Below are positions 56,701 through 64,000 of a stretch of DNA of 64,000 nt, in pieces. The notes under the pieces are model-generated. The model was given only the letters and a program-made list of their open reading frames with translations. It was not told the DNA's origin and made no database searches. How positions within the stretch are numbered: position 1 is the first letter of the stretch; the number at the start of each line of letters is the position of its first letter. This stretch comes from Auanema rhodensis (Eukaryota > Animalia > Nematoda). The position numbers were made by a program, and so were the translations under genes. The stretch is from assembly GCA_964057225.1 (NCBI GenBank), contig OZ059900.1, positions 20,336,001 to 20,400,000 of the forward strand, read 5' to 3'.

Positions 56701-59700
56701 AAATTAAAGAAATTAGCATATTCTGAGGGCACGCCGTTTATGGCTAATATTGATTAAATCGATTTTTGTTCATATGAGTCGTCAAATGCAACGAATTTCA
56801 GCGTGTTACATACTAAAATGAAGCATTTTACTTGCTGAACACTAGAAAAATACAAAAACACAGTATTTCCCATGAGAAATATTTTATTATGCTGGAAAAC
56901 CAGTTTTTGGAAATTTCGCTGTAAACAAGGTTTTGACTTACGATTTCATGTGTTCAAACTCATGCAATGTCAATGAAACCTAGCTCAAAATTGTTCGTAC
57001 AACGTCTAGTTCCACTTTCACGACAAAAAAATAGGGGTTAGAAAATTAAGGAAATTAGCATATTCTGAGGGCACGCCCCTTATGGCTAATATTGATTAAA
57101 TCGATTTTTGTTCATATGAGTCGTCAAATGCAACGAATTTCAGCGTGTTACATACTAAAATGAAGCATTTTACTTGCTGAACACTAGAAAAATACAAAAA
57201 CACAGTACTTCCCATGAGAAATATTTTATTATGCTGGAAAACCAGTTTTTGGAAATTTCGCTGTTAACTAGGTTTTGACTTACGATTTCATGTGTTCAAA
57301 CTCATGCAATGTCAATGAAACCTAGCTCAAAATTGTTCGTACAACGTCTAGTTCCACTTTCACGACAAAAAAATAGGGGTTAGAAAATTAAGGAAATTAG
57401 CATATTCTGAGGGCACGCCCCTTATGGCTAATATTGATTAAATCGATTTTTGTTCATATGAGTAGTCAAATGCAACGAATTTCAGCGTGTTACATACTAA
57501 AATGAAGCATTTTACATGCTGAACACTAGAAAAATACAAAAACACAGTATTTCCCATGAGAAATATTTTATTATGCTGGAAAACCAGTTTTTGGAAATTT
57601 CGCTGTAAACAAGGTTTTGACTTACGATTTCATGTGTTCAAACTCATGCAATGTCAATGAAACCTAGCTCAAAATTGTTCGTACAACGTCTAGTTCCACT
57701 TTCACGACAAAAAAATAGGGGTTAGAAAATTAAGGAAATTAGCATATTCTGAGGGCACGCCCCTTATGGCTAATATTGATTAAATCGATTTTTGTTCATA
57801 TGAGTCGTCAAATGCAACGAATTTCAGCGTGTTACATACTAAAATGAAGCATTTCACATGCTGAACACTAGAAAAATACAAAAACACAGTATTTCCCATG
57901 AGAAATATTTTATTATGCTGGAAAACCAGTTTTTGGAAATTTCGCTGTAAACAAGGTTTTGACTTACGATTTCATGTGTTCAAACTCATGCAATGTCAAT
58001 AAAACCTAGCTCAAAATTGTTCCTACAACGTCTAGTTCCACTTTCACGACAAAAAAAACAGGGGTTAGAAAATTAAGGAAATTAGCATATTCTGAGGGCA
58101 CGCCCCTTATGGCTAATAATGATTAAATCGATTTTTGTTCATATGAGTCGTCAAATGCAACGAATTTCAGCGTGTTACATACTAAAATGAACTATTTTAC
58201 ATGCTGAACACTAGAAAAATACAAAAACACAGTATTTCCCATGAGAAATATTTTATTATGCTGGAAAACCAGTTTTTGGAAATTTCGCTGTAAACAAGGT
58301 TTTGACTTACGATTTCATGTGTTCAAACTCATGCAATGTCAATGAAACCTAGCTCAAAATTGTTCGTACAACGTCTAGTTCCACTTTCACGACAAAAAAA
58401 CAGGGGTTAGAAAATTAAGGAAATTAGCATATTCTGAGGGCACGCCCCTTATGGCTAATATTGATTAAGTCGATTTTTGTTCATATGAGTCGTCAAATGC
58501 AACGAATTTCAGCGTGTTACATACTAAAATGAAGCATTTTACATGCTGAACACTAGAAAAATACAAAAACACAGTATTTCCCATGAGAAATATTTTATTA
58601 TGCTGGAAAACCAGTTTTTGGAAATTTCGCTGTAAACAAGGTTTTGACTTACGATTTCATGTGTTCAAACTCATGCAATGTCAATGAAACCTAGCTCAAA
58701 ATTGTTCGTACAACGTCTAGTTCCACTTTCACGACAAAAAAATAGGGGTTAGAAAATTAAGGAAATTAGCATATTCTGAGGGCACGCCCCTTATGGCTAA
58801 TATTGATTAAATCGATTTTTGTTCATATGAGTCGTCAAATGCAACGAATTTCAGCGTGTTACATACTCAAATGTAGCATTTCACATGCTGAACACTAGAA
58901 AAATACAAAAACACAGTATTTCCCATGAGAAATATTTTATTATGCTGGAAAACCAGTTTTTGAAAATTTCGGTGTAAACAAGGTTTTGAATTACGATTTC
59001 ATGTGTTCAAACTCATGCAATGTCAATGAAACCTAGCTCAAAATTGTTCGTACAACGTCTAGTTCCACTTTCACGACAAAAAAACAGGGGTTAGAAAATT
59101 AAGGAAATTAGCATATTCTGAGGGCACGTCCCTTATGGCTAATATTGATTAAATCGATTTTTGTTTATATGAGTCGTCAAATGCAACGAATTTCAGCGTG
59201 TTACATACTAAAATAAAGCATTTTACATGCTGAACACTAGAAAAATACAAAAACACAGTATTTCCCATGAGAAATATTTTATTATGCTGGAAAACCAGTT
59301 TTTGGAAATTTCGCTGTAAACAAGGTTTTGACTTACGATTTCATGTGTTCAAACTCATGCAATGTCAATGAAACCTAGCTCAAAATTGTTCGTACAACGT
59401 CTAGTTCCACTTTCACGACAAAAAAACAGGGGTTAGAAAATTAAGGAAATTAGCATATTCTGAGGGCACGCCCCTTATGGCTAATATTGATTAAATCGAT
59501 TTTTGTTTATATGAGTCGTCAAATGCAACGAATTTCAGCGTGTTACATACTAAAATAAAGCATTTTACATTCTGAACACTAGAAAAATACAAAAACACAG
59601 TATTTCCCATGAGAAATATTTTATTATGCTGGAAAACCAGTTTTTGGAAATTTCGCTGTAAACAAGGTTTTGACTTACGATTTCATGTGTTCAAACTCAT

Positions 59701-62147
59701 GCAATGTCAATAAAACCTAGCTCAAAATTGTTCCTACAACGTCTAGTTCCACTTTCACGACAAAAAAAACAGGGGTTAGAAAATTAAGGAAATTAGCATA
59801 TTCTGAGGGCACGCCCCTTATGGCTAATAATGATTAAATCGATTTTTGTTCATATGAGTCGTCAAATGCAACGAATTTCAGCGTGTTACATACTAAAATG
59901 AACTATTTTACATGCTGAACACTAGAAAAATACAAAAACACAGTATTTCCCATGAGAAATATTTTATTATGCTGGAAAACCAGTTTTTGGAAATTTCGCT
60001 GTAAACAAGGTTTTGACTTACGATTTCATGTGTTCAAACTCATGCAATGTCAATGAAACCTAGCTCAAAATTGTTCGTACAACGTCTAGTTCCACTTTCA
60101 CGACAAAAAAACAGGGGTTAGAAAATTAAGGAAATTAGCATATTCTGAGGGCACGCCCCTTATGGCTAATATTGATTAAATCGATTTTTGTTCATATGAG
60201 TCGTCAAATGCAACGAATTTCAGCGTGTTACATACTCAAATGTAGCATTTCACATGCTGAACACTAGAAAAATACAAAAACACAGTATTTCCCATGAGAA
60301 ATATTTTATTATGCTGGAAAACCAGTTTTTGAAAATTTCGGTGTAAACAAGGTTTTGAATTACGATTTCATGTGTTCAAACTCATGCAATGTCAATGAAA
60401 CCTAGCTCAAAATTGTTCGTACAACGTCTAGTTCCACTTTCACGACAAAAAAACAGGGGTTAGAAAATTAAGGAAATTAGCATATTCTGAGGGCACGTCC
60501 CTTATGGCTAATATTGATTAAATCGATTTTTGTTTATATGAGTCGTCAAATGCAACGAATTTCAGCGTGTTACATACTAAAATAAAGCATTTTACATGCT
60601 GAACACTAGAAAAATACAAAAACACAGTATTTCCCATGAGAAATATTTTATTATGCTGGAAAACCAGTTTTTGGAAATTTCGCTGTAAACAAGGTTTTGA
60701 CTTACGATTTCATGTGTTCAAACTCATGCAATGTCAATGAAACCTAGCTCAAAATTGTTCGTACAACGTCTAGTTCCACTTTCACGACAAAAAAACAGGG
60801 GTTAGAAAATTAAGGAAATTAGCATATTCTGAGGGCACGTCCCTTATGGCTAATATTGATTAAATCGATTTTTGTTTATATGAGTCGTCAAATGCAACGA
60901 ATTTCAGCGTGTTACATACTAAAATAAAGCATTTTACATGCTGAACACTAGAAAAATACAAAAACACAGTATTTCCCATGAGAAATATTTTATTATGCTG
61001 GAAAACCAGTTTTTGGAAATTTCGCTGTAAACAAGGTTTTGACTTACGATTTCATGTGTTCAAACTCATGCAATGTCAATGAAACCTAGCTCAAAATTGT
61101 TCGTACAACGTCTAGTTCCACTTTCACGACAAAAAAACAGGGGTTAGAAAATTAAGGAAATTAGCATATTCTGAGGGCACGCCCCTTATGGCTAATATTG
61201 ATTAAATCGATTTTTGTTTATATGAGTCGTCAAATGCAACGAATTTCAGCGTGTTACATACTAAAATAAAGCATTTTACATTCTGAACACTAGAAAAATA
61301 CAAAAACACAGTATTTCCCATGAGAAATATTTTATTATGCTGGAAAACCAGTTTTTGGAAATTTCGCTGTAAACAAGGTTTTGACTTACGATTTCATGTG
61401 TTCAAACTCATGCAATGTCAATGAAACCTAGCTCAAAATTGTTCGTACAACGTCTAGTTCCACTTTCACGACAAAAAAACAGGGGTTAGAAAATTAAGGA
61501 AATTAGCATATTCTGAGGGCACGCCCCTTATGGCTAATATTGATTAAATCGATTTTTGTTCATATGAGTCGTCAAATGCAACGAATTTCAGCGTGTTACA
61601 TACTAAAATGAACCATTTTACATGCTGAACACTAGAAAAATACAAAAACACAGTATTTCCCATGAGAAATATTTTATTATGCTGGAAAACCAGTTTTTGG
61701 AAATTTCGCTGTAAACAAGGTTCTGACTTACGATTTCATGTGTTCAAACTCATGCAATGTCAATGAAACCTAGCTCAAAATTGTTTGTACAACGTCTAGT
61801 TCCACTTTCACGACAAAAAAACAGGGGTTAGAAAATTAAGGAAATTAGCATATTCTGAGGGCACGCCCCTTATGGCTAATATTGATTAAATCGATTTTTG
61901 TTCATATGAGTCGTCAAATGCAACGAATTTCAGCGTGTTACATACTAAAATGAAGCATTTCACATGCTGAACACTAGAAAAATACAAAAACACAGTATTT
62001 CCCATGAGAAATATTTTATTATGCTGGAAAACCAGTTTTTGGAAATTTCGCTGTAAACAAGGTTTTGACTTACGATTTCATGTGTTCAAACTCATGCAAT
62101 GTCAATGAAACCTAGCTCAAAATTGTTTCTACAACGTCTAGTTCCAC

Positions 62148-62173
62148 GTAAAATAAATAAAATAAATAAAAAT
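62148..62173. other. 26-bp AT-rich filler at the array inversion breakpoint (gtaaaataaataaaataaataaaaat)
   Basis: It lies between the end of the forward match (gttccac) and the start of the reverse-complement match (acgactcatatgaac). Its structure is g + (taaaataaa)x2 + taaaaat. Confidence 0.93.
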
Positions 62174-64000
62174 ACGACTCATATGAACAAAAATCGATTT
62201 AATCAATATTAGCCATAAGGGGCGTGCCCTCAGAATATGCTAATTTCCTTAATTTTCTAACCCCTGTTTTTTTGTCGTGAAAGTGGAACTAGACGTTGTA
62301 CGAACAATTTTGAGCTAGGTTTCATTGACATTGCATGAGTTTGAACACATGAAATCGTAAGTCAAAACCTTGTTTACAGCGAAATTTCCAAAAACTGGTT
62401 TTCCAGCATAATAAAATATTTCTCATGGGAAATACTGTGTTTTTGTATTTTTCTAGTGTTCAGCATCTGAAATGCTTCATTTTAGTATGTAACACGCTGA
62501 AATTCGTTGCATTTGACGACTCATATGAACAAAAATCGATTTAATCAATATTAGCCATAAGGGGCGTGCCCTGAGAATATGCTAATTTCCTTAATTTTCT
62601 AACCCCTGTTTTTTTGTCGTGAAAGTGGAACTAGACGTTGTACGAACAATTTTGAGCTAGGTTTCATTGACATTGCATGAGTTTGAACACATGAAATCGT
62701 AAGTCAAAACCTTGTTTACAGCGAAATTAAAAAACTGGTTTTCCAGCATAATAAAATATTTCTCATGGGAAATACTGTGTTTTTGTATTTTTCTAGTGTT
62801 CAGCATGTAAAATGCTTCATTTTAGTATGTAACACGCTGAAATTCGTTGCATTTGACGACTCATATGAACAAAAATCGATTTAATCAATATTAGCCATAA
62901 GGGGCGTGCCCTCAGAATATGCTAATTTCCTTAATTTTCTAACCCCTGTTTTTTTGTCGTGAAAGTGGAACTAGACGTTGTACGAACAATTTTGAGCTAG
63001 GTTTCATTGACATTGCATGAGTTTGAACATATGAAATCGTAAGTCAAAACCTTGTTTACAGCGAAATTTCCAAAAACTTGTTTTCCAGCATAATAAAATA
63101 TTTCTCATGGGAAATACTGTGTTTTTGTATTTTTCTAGTGTTCAGCATGTAAAATGCTTCATTTTAGTATGTAACACGCTGAAATTCGTTGCATTTGACG
63201 ACTCATATGAACAAAAATCGATTTAATCAATATTAGCCATAAGGGGCGTGCCCTCAGAATATGCTAATTTCCTTAATTTTCTAACCCCTGTTTTTTTGTC
63301 GTGAAAGTGGAACTAGACGTTGTACGAACAATTTTGAGCTAGGTTTCATTGACATTGCATGAGTTTGAACACATGAAATCGTAAGTCAAAACCTTGTTTA
63401 CAGCGAAATTTCCAAAAACTGGTTTTCCAGCATAATAAAATATTTCTCATGGGAAATACTGTGTTTTTGTATTTTTCTAGTGTTCAGCATGTAAAATGCT
63501 TCATTTTAGTATGTAACACGCTGAAATTCGTTGCATTTGACGACTCATATGAACAAAAATCGATTTAATCAATATTAGCCATAAGGGGCGTGCCCTCAGA
63601 ATATGCTAATTTCCTTAATTTTCTAACCCCTGTTTTTTTGTCGTGAAAGTGGAACTAGACGTTGTACGAACAATTTTGAGCTAGGTTTCATTGACATTGC
63701 ATGAGTTTGAACACATGAAATCGTAAGTCAAAACCTTGTTTACAGCGAAATTTCCAAAAACTGGTTTTCCAGCATAATAAAATATTTCTCATGGGAAATA
63801 CTGTGTTTTTGTATTTTTCTAGTGTTCAGCATGTAAAATGCTTCATTTTAGTCTGTAACACGCTGAAATTCGTTGCATTTGACGACTCATATAAACAAAA
63901 ATCGATTTAATCAATATTAGCCATAAGGGGCGTGCCCTCAGAATATGCTAATTTCCTTAATTTTCTAACCCCTGTTTTTTTTGTCGTGAAAGTGGAACTA
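62174..64000 (-). repeat. Inverted block of the same 342-bp satellite, ~5.3 monomers, running off the window end
   Basis: 'acgactcatatgaacaaaaatcgattt...' is the reverse complement of monomer positions 342 downward, and the 342-bp period is kept. Confidence 0.99.

Larger units (their letters stand above)
1..62147 (+). repeat. Tandem satellite DNA array, 342-bp monomer, ~181.7 head-to-tail copies
   Basis: The monomer start 'caaatgcaacgaatttcagc' recurs at 1, 343, 684, 1026, 1369, 1711 ... 61915. The last copy is truncated at monomer position 233 (...ctagttccac, 62147). Copies differ by only a few SNPs and by A-tract length. Confidence 0.99.

Noticed and set aside
62148-62173. Filler as a polyadenylation signal (AATAAA) or a transposon remnant
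   Set aside because: There is no associated gene, terminal repeat or target-site duplication. AATAAA is expected in a (TAAA)n-like stretch.
1-64000. CRISPR array or repeat-spacer system
   Set aside because: There are no unique spacers. Units are contiguous 342-bp near-identical copies, and no cas genes are present.

Overview
The whole window is non-coding, AT-rich (~34% GC by hand count of monomer 1) satellite DNA built from one 342-bp monomer (341-343 bp depending on an A6/A7/A8 tract). About 181 complete head-to-tail copies plus a 233-bp partial copy run on the + strand from 1 to 62147. The array then switches orientation across a 26-bp non-satellite AT-rich filler (62148-62173), and about 5.3 inverted monomers run to the window end, forming a large inverted repeat (macro-dyad). 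Monomers are roughly 98-100% identical. Shared SNPs show spatially separate variant domains and local higher-order repeats of 3-, 4-, 6- and 8/9-mers. This looks like a eukaryotic (peri)centromeric or heterochromatic satellite array; the organism cannot be identified from the sequence alone. No genes, RNA genes, transposons or CRISPR arrays are supported. The listed ORFs are artefacts of SNPs that remove a stop codon in the satellite.
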